The translations under genes and the position numbers were made by a program. From Alphaproteobacteria bacterium (GTDB taxonomy: Bacteria; Pseudomonadota; Alphaproteobacteria; Micavibrionales; UBA2020), in contig JAEUKT010000004.1 of assembly GCA_016794125.1 (NCBI GenBank), positions 133,460 to 197,459 of the forward strand: a stretch of 64,000 nt of DNA, read 5' to 3'. Numbering within the stretch: the stretch's first letter is position 1; each line of letters opens with the position of its first letter. Shown here one piece after another: positions 8,492-18,341 of this stretch. Under the pieces are notes generated by a model. That model was not told the origin of the DNA. It worked only from the letters and a program-made list of their open reading frames with translations, and did not search any database.

Positions 8492-9901
8492 ATGCAAACC
8501 GCCAAAAAAACCTTCGCCGCCAGCCATACCTTCGACAAAAGCATCCTGCGCGAATACGATATCCGCGGCACGGTGGGCAACACGCTGAAGGCGGATGATT
8601 GCTATTTCATCGGGCGCGGTTTCGGCACGATCCTGAAGCGCAAGGGCGGCAAGACGATTGCGGTCGGCTATGACGGCCGCGAAAGCTCCCCCGAATTCGC
8701 CGAAAATGCCATTCGCGGTTTGATGGATTGCGGCCTTTCGGTCGAGGCGATTGGCCTTGGCCCCACGCCGATGGCGTATTTCACGATGAAGTCGCGCGGT
8801 CTTGATGGCGCAATTCAGGTAACCGGCTCCCACAGCCCGCTCGCCTATAACGGCATCAAGATGACGTTCAAGGATCAGCCGTTCTTCGGCGCGGCCATTC
8901 AGGATCTGGGCAGGCTGGTTGCGGCGGGCGATTTTGAATCGGGGCAGGGATCTGTCGCCGAATTCGATATCAGGGACGAATATGTCGATCGCCTTGTGAA
9001 GGCCTATGACGGCCCGAAAGACCTGACCGTCGCATGGGACAACGGCAATGGCGCGGCGGGCGAGATCCTGCGCCGCCTTGTGAAAAAACTGCCCGGCAAG
9101 CATACGCTGATTTTTGACGAGATCGACGGCACCTTCCCCAACCACCACCCCGACCCGACGGTTGCGAAAAACCTCGTTGACCTGCAAAAACTGGTCAGGG
9201 ACGTAAAGGCCGATGTGGGTATCGGTTTCGACGGCGACGCGGACCGCATCGGCGCGGTAGATGCCGATGGCAGTATTTTGTGGGCGGATATGCTGATGGC
9301 GGTCTATGCGCAGGAAGTGTTGAAAACGCATCCCGGTGCCTATGTGATCGCCGATGTGAAATGCAGCCGCGTGCTGTTCGACGAAATCACGCGGCTTGGC
9401 GGCAAGCCCGTGATGTGGAGCACCGGCCATTCGCTGATCAAGCAGAAAATGCGCGAACTGAACGCGCCCTTGGCGGGGGAACTCGCGGGTCATATCTGCT
9501 TTGCCGATAAATATTACGGCTTCGACGATGCGATTTACGACGCGGTGCGTCTGCTGAACATCCTCAGCCATTCGGGCAAGTCGCTGTCGGCGCTGACCGC
9601 GCACCTGCCGAAAATGCAGAACACCCCCGAAATCCGTTTCCATGTTCCGGCAGAACGCAAATTCGATATCGCACCCGAAATCAAGGCGCGCCTGAAGGCC
9701 GAGGCCGCGCAGGGCGTGGAAATCAACGATATCGACGGCGTGCGCGTGACCACGCCCGACGGCTGGTGGCTGATGCGCCCGTCGAACACCGAAGACGCGC
9801 TGACCATCCGCGCCGAAGGATTTACCGCCGAAGGGCTGGAAAGGTTGAAAAACCAGCTGATCGGCCAGTTGAAACAAAGCGGCATCGGATCGCCGTTCTG
9901 A
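8492..9901 (+). CDS. Phosphomannomutase/phosphoglucomutase
   Basis: FDKSILREYDIRG, TGSHSPLAYNGIKM (active-site Ser), GFDGDADR and GELAGH motifs. Start trimmed to MQTAKK by comparison with typical N-termini. Confidence 0.9.
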   Translation: MQTAKKTFAASHTFDKSILREYDIRGTVGNTLKADDCYFIGRGFGTILKRKGGKTIAVGYDGRESSPEFAENAIRGLMDCGLSVEAIGLGPTPMAYFTMKSRGLDGAIQVTGSHSPLAYNGIKMTFKDQPFFGAAIQDLGRLVAAGDFESGQGSVAEFDIRDEYVDRLVKAYDGPKDLTVAWDNGNGAAGEILRRLVKKLPGKHTLIFDEIDGTFPNHHPDPTVAKNLVDLQKLVRDVKADVGIGFDGDADRIGAVDADGSILWADMLMAVYAQEVLKTHPGAYVIADVKCSRVLFDEITRLGGKPVMWSTGHSLIKQKMRELNAPLAGELAGHICFADKYYGFDDAIYDAVRLLNILSHSGKSLSALTAHLPKMQNTPEIRFHVPAERKFDIAPEIKARLKAEAAQGVEINDIDGVRVTTPDGWWLMRPSNTEDALTIRAEGFTAEGLERLKNQLIGQLKQSGIGSPF

Positions 9902-9927
9902 TTTTATTTTAAACGAAGGGGAATATC

Positions 9928-10569
9928 ATGGATGTCCTGCTGAGCCCGCGCGTGATGGAACTTGTCGCATCGCGCATCTGCCACGACCTGGTCAGCCCCG
10001 TGGGCGCGGTCAGCAACGGCGTAGAGCTGATGCAGGAACTGGGCGAGGACGCGGGCGAGGAGGCGATGAAGCTGATCGCGGACAGCGCGCTGCAGGCATC
10101 GATCCGCTTGAAAGCATTCCGCCTGTCTTACGGCGCGGCCGGCACCGATAAAAATATCGGGTTCAAGGATATCCGCGATGTGTTCAGCGATCTTTTGAAA
10201 TCCGGCCGCATCGCGGCGGAGTTCGAACCCGATCTGGGCGTGAAATTCTCCATGCCGCCGCGCGGGTTTTTCAAGGTGCTGCTGAACCTGTTGATCCTTG
10301 CCGAAGAATGCAACCACGGCGAAGGCAAAATCGCTGTTTCCGCGCTGGAGGGGAACAAGGGCGTGAAAGTCCTCGTCACCGGCAAAAACCCCGGCTTCCG
10401 CGAAGGCGCCGAAGCCGCGCTGCGCGGCGACACGAATGCCGATGACCTCGACCCGCGCTCCGTCCATGCCTATGTGACGGGAAAATTTGCAGCCGTGTTC
10501 GACCTGAAACTTTCCTGGACCTCGCAGGCGGATTTCGGTCGCGTGGAATTCCAGCTGCTCATTCCCTGA
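9928..10569 (+). CDS. chpT: Histidine phosphotransferase ChpT (CckA-ChpT-CtrA relay)
   Basis: LVASRICHDLVSPVGAVSNGVEL matches the ChpT phospho-His region. Size ~210 aa, good SD. Confidence 0.8.
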   Translation: MDVLLSPRVMELVASRICHDLVSPVGAVSNGVELMQELGEDAGEEAMKLIADSALQASIRLKAFRLSYGAAGTDKNIGFKDIRDVFSDLLKSGRIAAEFEPDLGVKFSMPPRGFFKVLLNLLILAEECNHGEGKIAVSALEGNKGVKVLVTGKNPGFREGAEAALRGDTNADDLDPRSVHAYVTGKFAAVFDLKLSWTSQADFGRVEFQLLIP

Positions 10570-10814
10570 CCTATCAAATCCTGCGCCGGTTAGTTCAACG
10601 CCGTCAAAGCCTTGTCATTCAGTAATTGCGTTTATCGCATTTTTATGTTACGGTAAAAATGATAATCGGTTATTGAACATGGTGAATAAAAGGTACTAAA
10701 AAAAGCGGGGGTTACCTGAATTCCGGCTTGAAAATCAATCAGATCGCCGTGTTTAATTGACATAATACACGCATCCAGTATAATAACCGGCATCATCAAA
10801 AAAGGCAAAACATC

Positions 10815-11342
10815 ATGGCGATCGGCGGCGGCGGGCAGGCGTATCTCTACGGCGAAGACCTTCTGAAAGAAGTGCAGAAGGCGCAGCCGCGCATGGACGA
10901 AGTGAAATGGCTGATCGAGCATGGCGACCTGACACAGACCGACAGCCAGAAACGCACGGCCTTTATGATCATCCTCGGCTGGGGCAACGACGATCTGGCT
11001 AAATTTGCGCTGAAGCATGGCGCGAAGCCAAACCAGAAAGGCCCCGGCGGAAACACGGCGGTGCATATGGTTGCGGCCAGCGGCAACGCGGCATTGCTGG
11101 GCGAGATGCTGTTAAATGCAAACGGCGATTTCACGCTGCGCAACGACGACGGCAAAACGCCCTATGACCTTGCGCAGGGCCGCTTCCCCGAGAATATCCT
11201 GCAGGCCATCCGCAACGAGTTCGATATACGCGACCCCGCATCGACGCTGAAGGATTTCCGCCGCCACATCGCCGAACGGGGTTTGCGCACGAAAGCCCCG
11301 ATCAAAGCCCCGCCGCGCGCGGTTTTCAGGGCAAAACCCTAA
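10815..11342 (+). CDS. Small ankyrin-repeat protein
   Basis: About 3 ankyrin repeats (RTAFMIILGWGNDDLAKFALKHGAKPN, GNTAVHMVAASGNAALL, GKTPYDLA). Confidence 0.75.
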   Translation: MAIGGGGQAYLYGEDLLKEVQKAQPRMDEVKWLIEHGDLTQTDSQKRTAFMIILGWGNDDLAKFALKHGAKPNQKGPGGNTAVHMVAASGNAALLGEMLLNANGDFTLRNDDGKTPYDLAQGRFPENILQAIRNEFDIRDPASTLKDFRRHIAERGLRTKAPIKAPPRAVFRAKP

Positions 11343-11425
11343 TTCCGCATACCGCCGTATGCGGCGCATAATCAAAACTTAATCGTTATCGTCCATCCTT
11401 GTAGCTGTGCAAGGAGAAGGCCGTC

Positions 11426-13480
11426 ATGGACGAGCTGATGCAGGAATTCCTGACCGACACAACGGAAAAGCTGGGCGCGCTTGACCTCGACCTTGTGCGC
11501 CTTGAAAAAAATCCGAACGACCTTGAACTCATCGGGCGCATCTTCCGCCTTGTGCATACCGTGAAGGGCAATTGCGGTTTTCTGGGGCTGCCGCGCCTTG
11601 AAAACGTGACACATCACGCCGAAAGCGTCCTCAGCCAGTACCGCGCCGGTACCGTGCAGGTCACGACGGATTCCGTGTCGCTGATTTTGCAAGCGCTCGA
11701 CCGTATCAAGGGCATCGTGGGCGGCATCGCGCAAACGGGCGTGGAACCGGCGGGCGACGACCGCGCCCTGATCGGCCTTTTGAACACGGAGGCGTCATCG
11801 CGCAAGCCGGTGCCGGAGGCCGTGAACGCCTTCAGCGCGGCGATGGATGATCTGTCCGCAAAATCCCTGCGCATCGGCGTCGATACACTGGAGGACATGA
11901 TGACGCTGATGGGCGAACTGGTGCTGGCGCGCAACCAGCTATTGCCCCATATGCGCGGCGAATTGCACCAGCCGCTGCAACGCCTCGATAAAACCGTATC
12001 GGCGCTCCAGCAAAGCATGCTGAAGGCGCGCATGCAGCCGGTTGGCAATTTATGGGGCAAGCTGCCCCGCCTTGTGCGCGACATGGCGATCGACCTTGGC
12101 AAGAAAATCCGGCTGGAAATGCAGGGCGGCGCGACCGAAATCGACCGGCAGGTGCTGGAACTGATCCGCGATCCGCTGACGCATCTGCTGCGCAACGCCG
12201 CGGGCCACGGCATCGAAAAACCGGCCGTGCGTGTCGCGAACGGCAAGCCGCCCGAAGGCGTGATTTTGCTGGCTGCGCGCCATGAAGGCGGGCAGGTGGT
12301 GATCGATGTGTCGGACGACGGGCGCGGCCTTGACGAAGCGGCGATCCTGAAAAAAGCCGTCGACACCGGGCTTGTGACCGCCGCACGCGCGCAGGCGCTA
12401 AGCCCGCCGCAGGTGCAGCAGCTGGTGTTCGCGCCGGGGTTCAGTACGGCTGCCGAAGTGACCGCCGTGTCGGGACGCGGGGTGGGCATGGATGTGGTGC
12501 GCGCCAATATCGAAAAAATCGGCGGCACGGTCGAGCTGTCATCCGTGCCTGGCAGGGGTGCTGTCGTCACGCTGCGCATTCCGCTCACGCTCGCCATCAT
12601 TCCCGCGCTGGTCGTGAAAACCGACGGGCAGCGATACGCCGTTCCGCGCAACGCCGTCCGCGAAGTGGTCGCGCTGAAACGCTGCGGCGTGCATAAAATC
12701 CGGCGTATCGACAGCGCAAAATTCCTCGACCTTCGCGGCCAGATGGTGCCGCTGTTGTCCCTGCAGGCCGTGTTCGGCACGGACGATCTGGCCGCCAAGG
12801 CGCTGAACCCCTATGCCGTGATCCTGTATGCGGGCGGCGGCGGGGTGTTCGGCATCATTTGCGACGGGATCGCCAATGACGAAGAAATCGTGGTAAAGCC
12901 GCTGTCGCCCGCATTGCAGCGCCTACGGCTTTTTTCCGGCAACGCAGTGCTGGGCGACGGCGGCGTGGTGCTGATCCTCGACCCTTCCGGCATCGTGCGT
13001 GAATCGAATATCGAACCCGCGCCCAAACAAGCCGACGACACGCCGGCAATCGCGGCGCGCCGGCATCCCGCGCTGCTGTTCCGCGCGGGCGCAGGCGCCG
13101 ACCGCGCCGTCGCGCTGGAATACCTGTCGCGCATCGAACGCATCGACATGACGACGGTGGAAAACGCAGGCGGCAGGCAGGTCATCCCTTATCATGACGG
13201 GCTGCTGCCGCTGATCGCCTATCCGGGCTGCGCCGCGCGGGGCAGGCGGCAGCCGGTCTTGGTGATCCGCGACGGCGACGCGCAGGCGGGTGTCATTTTC
13301 GACAGCGTGCTGGGCATGGTCGATGCGCTGCCCGATGTGGCGCTGAAACAGGAAACGGGATCGGGGTCGCTGGGCAGCGCGCTTGCCGGCGGCCATGCGG
13401 TCGAAGTGATGGACGCGCCGTGGCTGATACGCCGCGCGCAGGAAGGACTGCGGCATGACGATCCGGATATTGTCGTTTAA
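11426..13480 (+). CDS. cheA: Chemotaxis histidine kinase CheA
   Basis: Hpt (FRLVHTVKGNCGFLG), dimerisation domain, HATPase (DDGRGLD, GRGVGMDVV) and C-terminal CheW-like domain. Confidence 0.95.
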   Translation: MDELMQEFLTDTTEKLGALDLDLVRLEKNPNDLELIGRIFRLVHTVKGNCGFLGLPRLENVTHHAESVLSQYRAGTVQVTTDSVSLILQALDRIKGIVGGIAQTGVEPAGDDRALIGLLNTEASSRKPVPEAVNAFSAAMDDLSAKSLRIGVDTLEDMMTLMGELVLARNQLLPHMRGELHQPLQRLDKTVSALQQSMLKARMQPVGNLWGKLPRLVRDMAIDLGKKIRLEMQGGATEIDRQVLELIRDPLTHLLRNAAGHGIEKPAVRVANGKPPEGVILLAARHEGGQVVIDVSDDGRGLDEAAILKKAVDTGLVTAARAQALSPPQVQQLVFAPGFSTAAEVTAVSGRGVGMDVVRANIEKIGGTVELSSVPGRGAVVTLRIPLTLAIIPALVVKTDGQRYAVPRNAVREVVALKRCGVHKIRRIDSAKFLDLRGQMVPLLSLQAVFGTDDLAAKALNPYAVILYAGGGGVFGIICDGIANDEEIVVKPLSPALQRLRLFSGNAVLGDGGVVLILDPSGIVRESNIEPAPKQADDTPAIAARRHPALLFRAGAGADRAVALEYLSRIERIDMTTVENAGGRQVIPYHDGLLPLIAYPGCAARGRRQPVLVIRDGDAQAGVIFDSVLGMVDALPDVALKQETGSGSLGSALAGGHAVEVMDAPWLIRRAQEGLRHDDPDIVV

Positions 13481-13976
13481 GGTCGCAGGGCAGCTCTGCG
13501 GCATCGCCGTGCCGGAGGTGCATGACGTGATCCGCGGCGGCCAGCGCATCACACCCGTGCCGCGCGCGGCAGCTGCCATAATCGGCATCATGAACCTGCG
13601 CGGCCGCATCGCGCTTGCCGTCAGCCTGCGCCGCTATCTTGGGTTGACCGATACGGCTCGCACGGCCGATACGCGGGCGGAAATGTCGCTGGTCATCGAA
13701 AACGCCGGAAGCCTCTACTGCCTTGCGGTCGATAGCGTCGGCGAGGTATTGTCTTTCGAGGGAAAGGCCGGACCCGTGCCGCAGGTCCTTGACGCCCGCT
13801 GGCGCAAGGCGGTGTCGGGTGTCTGGCCCTGCGACGGCGCGTTGCTGGCGCAGCTGGATGTCAGGGGCATGATCGATGCGCTCTGCGCCGGGCCCGATGA
13901 ACAGACGCCCGCTGCGCCGGGCCAGATGAACGGATACCTGCGGGGAAATGATGAAAACGTGCCTTATCGTCGATGA
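13455..13976 (+). CDS. cheW: Chemotaxis coupling protein CheW
   Basis: LSFKVAGQLCGIAV...IIGIMNLRGRI is typical of CheW. Overlaps the cheA end. Confidence 0.9.
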   Translation: MTIRILSFKVAGQLCGIAVPEVHDVIRGGQRITPVPRAAAAIIGIMNLRGRIALAVSLRRYLGLTDTARTADTRAEMSLVIENAGSLYCLAVDSVGEVLSFEGKAGPVPQVLDARWRKAVSGVWPCDGALLAQLDVRGMIDALCAGPDEQTPAAPGQMNGYLRGNDENVPYRR

Positions 13977-14316
13977 CAGCAGCATTGTGCGCCGCCTTGC
14001 CAGCAAACTGCTGGAGGAAATCGGCTTTGAATGCACAGAGGCGGAAAACGGCCAGCTGGCGCTGGACGCCTGCAAGGTAAAAATGCCCGATGTCATGCTG
14101 CTCGACTGGAATATGCCCGTGATGAACGGTATCGATTGCATGAAAAACCTGCGCGCATTTCCGGGCGGCGATGACATCAAAATCATCTTCTGCAGCACCC
14201 ACGACGAAATGGGGCAGATCCAGGAGGCGTTGCAAGCGGGGGCGGACGAATACATCATGAAACCCTTCGACCGCGATATCCTGAAAACGAAATTCCGCCA
14301 GGTCGGCGTGTTGTAG
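13948..14316 (+). CDS. cheY: Chemotaxis response regulator CheY
   Basis: Single receiver domain: DDSS, MLLDWNMP, KP. Confidence 0.9.
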   Translation: MMKTCLIVDDSSIVRRLASKLLEEIGFECTEAENGQLALDACKVKMPDVMLLDWNMPVMNGIDCMKNLRAFPGGDDIKIIFCSTHDEMGQIQEALQAGADEYIMKPFDRDILKTKFRQVGVL

Positions 14317-14320
14317 CGCC

Positions 14321-15397
14321 ATGCCGGGGCCGGAAAAAAACATATCCGGTCCCGTGCGCGTGATGGTGGTCGATGATTCCAGCATCGTGCGCGGATTCCT
14401 GACCCGTTTCCTTGAAGAAGACCCCGGCATTAAAGTCACTGCCGCCGTGCCGAACGGGCAGGCGGCGCTGCAGGAACTGGCCGAGGCCGCGCCCGATGTG
14501 GTGATCCTCGACCTTGAAATGCCCGTGATGGACGGCATGACCGCGCTGCCGTTATTGCTCGCGGCGAAGCCGGCATTGCCGGTAATTGTTGCATCGACCA
14601 AGACGCGCGACAACGCGGCGCTCGCCCTGAAATGTCTTGCGCTGGGCGCGATCGACTGCCTTGGCAAGCCGAACGTACACGATTTGGCGGAAGGCAGCGC
14701 GTTCCGCGACGACCTGATCCGCCGCGTCAAGACGCTGGGCCGCCTGCGCCGCAAAACCGCATCTGCTGCGCCTTTTTTTTCGGATGCTTTGCAACCAAGG
14801 ATTGCCGGCAAGACGGCGGTGCGGCCGCAAGCGCTTGCCATCTGCGCCTCGACGGGCGGGCCGCAGGCGTTGTTGAAGGTGCTGGCGGGGTTGCGGCCGC
14901 TTTCTGTGCCGGTATTCGTCACGCAGCATATGCCGGCCGGTTTCACCGCGCAGCTGGCGGAAAACATCACGCAGGCGACAGGCCATGATTGCCGCGAAGC
15001 CGCCGATGGCGAGGCGGTCGTGGCGGGCCGTATCTATATCGCGCCCGGCAATTACCACATGACGGTTGCGGGGGCGGGCGACCGGCGCCGCATCGCGCTC
15101 GACCAGAACCCGCCCGAACATTTCTGCCGCCCCGCAGGCGATCCGATGCTGCGCAGTCTTGCGAAATCATATGGCGACAGGCTGCTGGCTGCGGTGCTGA
15201 CGGGCATGGGGACGGATACGGTCGCGGGCTGCCGCGCGGTGGCCGATGCCGGCGGCACGGTCGTGACGCAGGACGAAGCTTCCAGCGTCGTATGGGGCAT
15301 GCCGGGCGCTGTCGTGCAGGCCGGTTTGAGCGACGAAACGGTATCGCTCGACGATATGGCGGCGACGCTGCTGCGGCGGCTGAAGGTGCCGGCATGA
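14321..15397 (+). CDS. cheB: Protein-glutamate methylesterase CheB
   Basis: Receiver domain plus methylesterase domain (ICASTGGPQAL, GMGTD, VVWGMPG). Confidence 0.9.
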   Translation: MPGPEKNISGPVRVMVVDDSSIVRGFLTRFLEEDPGIKVTAAVPNGQAALQELAEAAPDVVILDLEMPVMDGMTALPLLLAAKPALPVIVASTKTRDNAALALKCLALGAIDCLGKPNVHDLAEGSAFRDDLIRRVKTLGRLRRKTASAAPFFSDALQPRIAGKTAVRPQALAICASTGGPQALLKVLAGLRPLSVPVFVTQHMPAGFTAQLAENITQATGHDCREAADGEAVVAGRIYIAPGNYHMTVAGAGDRRRIALDQNPPEHFCRPAGDPMLRSLAKSYGDRLLAAVLTGMGTDTVAGCRAVADAGGTVVTQDEASSVVWGMPGAVVQAGLSDETVSLDDMAATLLRRLKVPA

Positions 15398-15561
15398 ATT
15401 TGCACCCGCAGGATTTTTTGCTGTTCGCCGATCTGGTGCCCTATCACGCAGTCGGACGAATGCCGGGTGGTGAAACCGCAGATGCGCCACGCGGCGGCAT
15501 TTCGCCAGATGAACCTGCCGGACGGCGTGACAGGCAGGTATGCCCGCAGCGGCAGGCAATA
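15394..15561 (+). pseudogene. cheR: Decayed cheR (methyltransferase) remnant
   Basis: The ATG overlaps the cheB stop (ATGA) and encodes MNLHPQDFLLFADLV, like a CheR N-terminus. A second frame reads CRVVKPQMRHAAAFRQMNLPDG, like the mid-CheR Y.V...LR..V.F...NL motif. Only ~165 nt precede the terminator, against ~850 nt for an intact gene. Confidence 0.6.
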
Positions 15562-15595
15562 AAAAAACGGCTGCACGAATGCAGCCGTTCTTTTC
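15560..15595. terminator. Bidirectional rho-independent terminator (che operon / ctrA)
   Basis: A-run, stem ACGGCTGCA-CGAA-TGCAGCCGT, T-run. Confidence 0.8.
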
Positions 15596-15615
15596 GGGAA
15601 GAACCCTAAAACTTG

Positions 15616-16329
15616 TTACGCGTTCGCCGTTTCCTTGCCGGCGGTGGCGCCTGTCGGGTCGCGCAGCACATAGCCGCGTCCCCAGACGGTTTCGATGCAG
15701 CTGCCGCCTTCGGGCGTGATTTTCTCGATCTTCTTGCGCAGCTTGCAGATGAACACGTCGATGATTTTCACTTCCGGTTCGTCCATGCCGCCGTAAAGGT
15801 GGTTCAGGAACATTTCCTTGGTCAGCGTCGATCCCTTGCGGAGCGAGAGAAGCTCGATGATGCCGTATTCTTTCGAGGTGAGGTGCAGCTGCTTGCTGTC
15901 CACTTCCACCGTACGGGCATCAAGGTTGACCGTGATCGGGCCGGTCTTGATGACGCTTTGCGCATGGCCCTTGGAGCGGCGGACGATTGCCTGGATACGC
16001 GCCATCAGCTCGCGCTTGTCGAAAGGCTTGGTCAGGTAATCGTCTGCGCCGAAGCCGAGGCCTTTCAGTTTGCTGTCGAGTTCCGAAAGACCGGAGAGGA
16101 TCAGGATGGGCGTTTCAACCTTCGCCGCGCGCAGGCGCTTCAGGACTTCATAACCGTCAAGGTCGGGGAGCATCAGGTCGAGAATGATGATGTCGTATTC
16201 GTAGAGCTTGCCGATTTCAAGGCCGTCTTCGCCCATATCGGTCGCATCGACAACATATCCGTCCGACTTGAGCATCAGCTCAATGCTCTTGGCCGTGGAC
16301 TGGTCGTCTTCAATCAGCAGCACCCGCAT
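15616..16329 (-). CDS. ctrA: Cell-cycle response regulator CtrA
   Basis: Near-collinear with CtrA: MRVLLIEDD...SIELMLKS..., [46 protein letters not shown]. Confidence 0.95.
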   Translation of the reverse strand: MRVLLIEDDQSTAKSIELMLKSDGYVVDATDMGEDGLEIGKLYEYDIIILDLMLPDLDGYEVLKRLRAAKVETPILILSGLSELDSKLKGLGFGADDYLTKPFDKRELMARIQAIVRRSKGHAQSVIKTGPITVNLDARTVEVDSKQLHLTSKEYGIIELLSLRKGSTLTKEMFLNHLYGGMDEPEVKIIDVFICKLRKKIEKITPEGGSCIETVWGRGYVLRDPTGATAGKETANA

Positions 16330-16532
16330 CGCATTTCCCCTTAATGTTTGCTTAGTGGAGTTGAATCACTACTTAATCCTAGTAAACATTATATCACGAT
16401 CGTTAATAAAGGTTAAAAATAGTTCGGAAATTTTAACGGTTTTTCCGAATTTCCTATTAATATCAATGAGAAAAACATTTTCATTTTTCGTTAAAAAATA
16501 TGAGATAATCGTAAAAGAAGCGGGGGTTTCTC

Positions 16533-17909
16533 ATGGTTACGGGCCATCATTTCATCGAAAATCTGGGTGACAGCATCAACGAACTGGCGGATTACCAGCT
16601 GTTCGGGCGCGTCACGAAAATCCTCGGCATGCTGGTCGAGGTGGGCGGAGTCGAGCGCGAACTGGCGATCGGCGACCGCTGCAACCTGATGCCGCGCGGC
16701 GCAGACCCTATTCCTTGCGAAGTCGTCGGTTTCCGCGAGGGCCATGCGCTGGTGATGCCGTTCAAATCGCTCGACCGCGTCGGCCTTGGCTGCCGCGCGG
16801 AAGTGGCAACCGCGCAGCCTGCGCTGTTCCCCAGCAACGCATGGCTGGGCCGCGTCATCAACGCGTTCGGCGAACCCATCGACGGCAAAGGCCCGATCCT
16901 GGCGGGCGAAGACCACATGCTGCTGAAAAACAAACCGCCCGCAGCACACGACCGCAAACGCCTCGGCGAGAAACTCGACCTTGGCGTGCGCGCGATCAAC
17001 TGTTTCCTGTCCACCACGCGCGGGCAGCGGATGGGCATTTTCGCGGGCTCGGGTGTCGGTAAATCCGTCCTGATGTCGATGCTGGCGCGTTATACCGAAG
17101 CGGAGGTATCCGTCATCGGCCTGATCGGCGAACGCGGGCGCGAGGTGCAGGAATTCCTTGAAGACGATCTGGGTGCGGAAGGCCTGAAGCGCAGCGTCGT
17201 GATCGTCTCCACATCGGATGAATCGCCGCTGATGCGCCGTCAGGCGGCTTATAGCACCCTTGCCGTCGCCGAATATTTCCGCGATCAGGGCAAACAGGTG
17301 CTGTGCATGATGGACAGCGTGACGCGCTTTGCCATGGCGCAGCGCGAAATCGGCCTGTCGGCCGGCGAGCCGCCCACATCCAAGGGGTATCCGCCCACCA
17401 CATTCTCGGAACTCGCCAAACTGCTGGAACGCGCAGGTCCGGGCGTGAAGGGCAAGGGCGATATCACCGCCTTTTTCTCCGTCCTTGTCGAAGGCGACGA
17501 CCACAACGAGCCTATTTCCGATGCCGTACGCGGGATCATCGACGGCCACGTGGTGCTGGAACGCGCGATTGCCGATCGCGGGCGCTATCCTGCGATCAAT
17601 ATTTTACGCTCGATTTCACGCTCCATGCCGCGCTGCCTGACGCCGGAGCAGGCGGCATTGGTGGCGCGCGGGCGCGAAATCATGTCCACCTATGAAGACA
17701 TGCAGGAACTCATCCGCCTGGGCGCCTATCGCCGCGGGTCGGACCCCAAGGTCGATGAAGCGATCATGATCTATCCGAAGATCGAGGCGTTCCTGGCGCA
17801 AAAACCGCTTGAAAAGACTTCACTCGCCGATGGTTACAAGCAACTGGCGCAGGTGCTGGGCATGGCGCCCGCCGCCGCGAAACCCGCAGCGCCGCCGCCC
17901 AAGAAGTAA
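16533..17909 (+). CDS. fliI: Flagellar export ATPase FliI
   Basis: Walker A GSGVGKS, Walker B MMDSVTR, F1-ATPase-like fold motifs. Confidence 0.95.
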   Translation: MVTGHHFIENLGDSINELADYQLFGRVTKILGMLVEVGGVERELAIGDRCNLMPRGADPIPCEVVGFREGHALVMPFKSLDRVGLGCRAEVATAQPALFPSNAWLGRVINAFGEPIDGKGPILAGEDHMLLKNKPPAAHDRKRLGEKLDLGVRAINCFLSTTRGQRMGIFAGSGVGKSVLMSMLARYTEAEVSVIGLIGERGREVQEFLEDDLGAEGLKRSVVIVSTSDESPLMRRQAAYSTLAVAEYFRDQGKQVLCMMDSVTRFAMAQREIGLSAGEPPTSKGYPPTTFSELAKLLERAGPGVKGKGDITAFFSVLVEGDDHNEPISDAVRGIIDGHVVLERAIADRGRYPAINILRSISRSMPRCLTPEQAALVARGREIMSTYEDMQELIRLGAYRRGSDPKVDEAIMIYPKIEAFLAQKPLEKTSLADGYKQLAQVLGMAPAAAKPAAPPPKK

Positions 17910-17915
17910 TGACGC

Positions 17916-18341
17916 ATGGCCGACCTTTCCGTCCTGATCCGCCTGCATAAATACGAGCTTGACGAAAAACGCCGCGCGCTCAGCGAACTGCACGGGCAAA
18001 TGGCCGAAATGGAACGGAGAAGGCGTGAGCTGGAGCGCAGTTTCGAGGCCGAAAAAGAAGCCATTCGTTTAAATGGCGACGTCCATTTCACCTTCGCGCA
18101 ATACGCCGAAACCGTACGCCAGCAGCAGCGCGACATGATCGAGGAAGAACAGCAGCTGGAAAAGCATATCGAGAAGGCCAAAGAAGATTTGATGGAAACC
18201 TTCAGCGAGCTGAAAAAATACGAAATGACGCAGGAGGAACGCGCGCGGCTGGAGGCGGAGGAACAGGCCATCAAGGAAAGCCGCGAGATGGACGCGATCG
18301 GGCTTGAAGGGTTCCGCCGGAAAAGCGATGAGCAAAACTGA
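17916..18341 (+). CDS. fliJ: Flagellar export protein FliJ
   Basis: 141-aa charged coiled coil immediately after fliI. Confidence 0.75.
   Translation: MADLSVLIRLHKYELDEKRRALSELHGQMAEMERRRRELERSFEAEKEAIRLNGDVHFTFAQYAETVRQQQRDMIEEEQQLEKHIEKAKEDLMETFSELKKYEMTQEERARLEAEEQAIKESREMDAIGLEGFRRKSDEQN

Noticed and set aside
14989-15609. 206-aa plus-strand ORF overlapping the cheB 3' half and extending to the terminator
   Set aside because: Out of frame with cheB over most of its length. Only its last ~55 codons (from the ATG at 15394) are meaningful, and I interpret them as the cheR remnant rather than a gene.
16403-16416. TTAATAAAGGTTAA in the ctrA upstream region as a CtrA box
   Set aside because: The spacing is N6, not the canonical N7. 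It is kept only as a half-site cluster in the notes.
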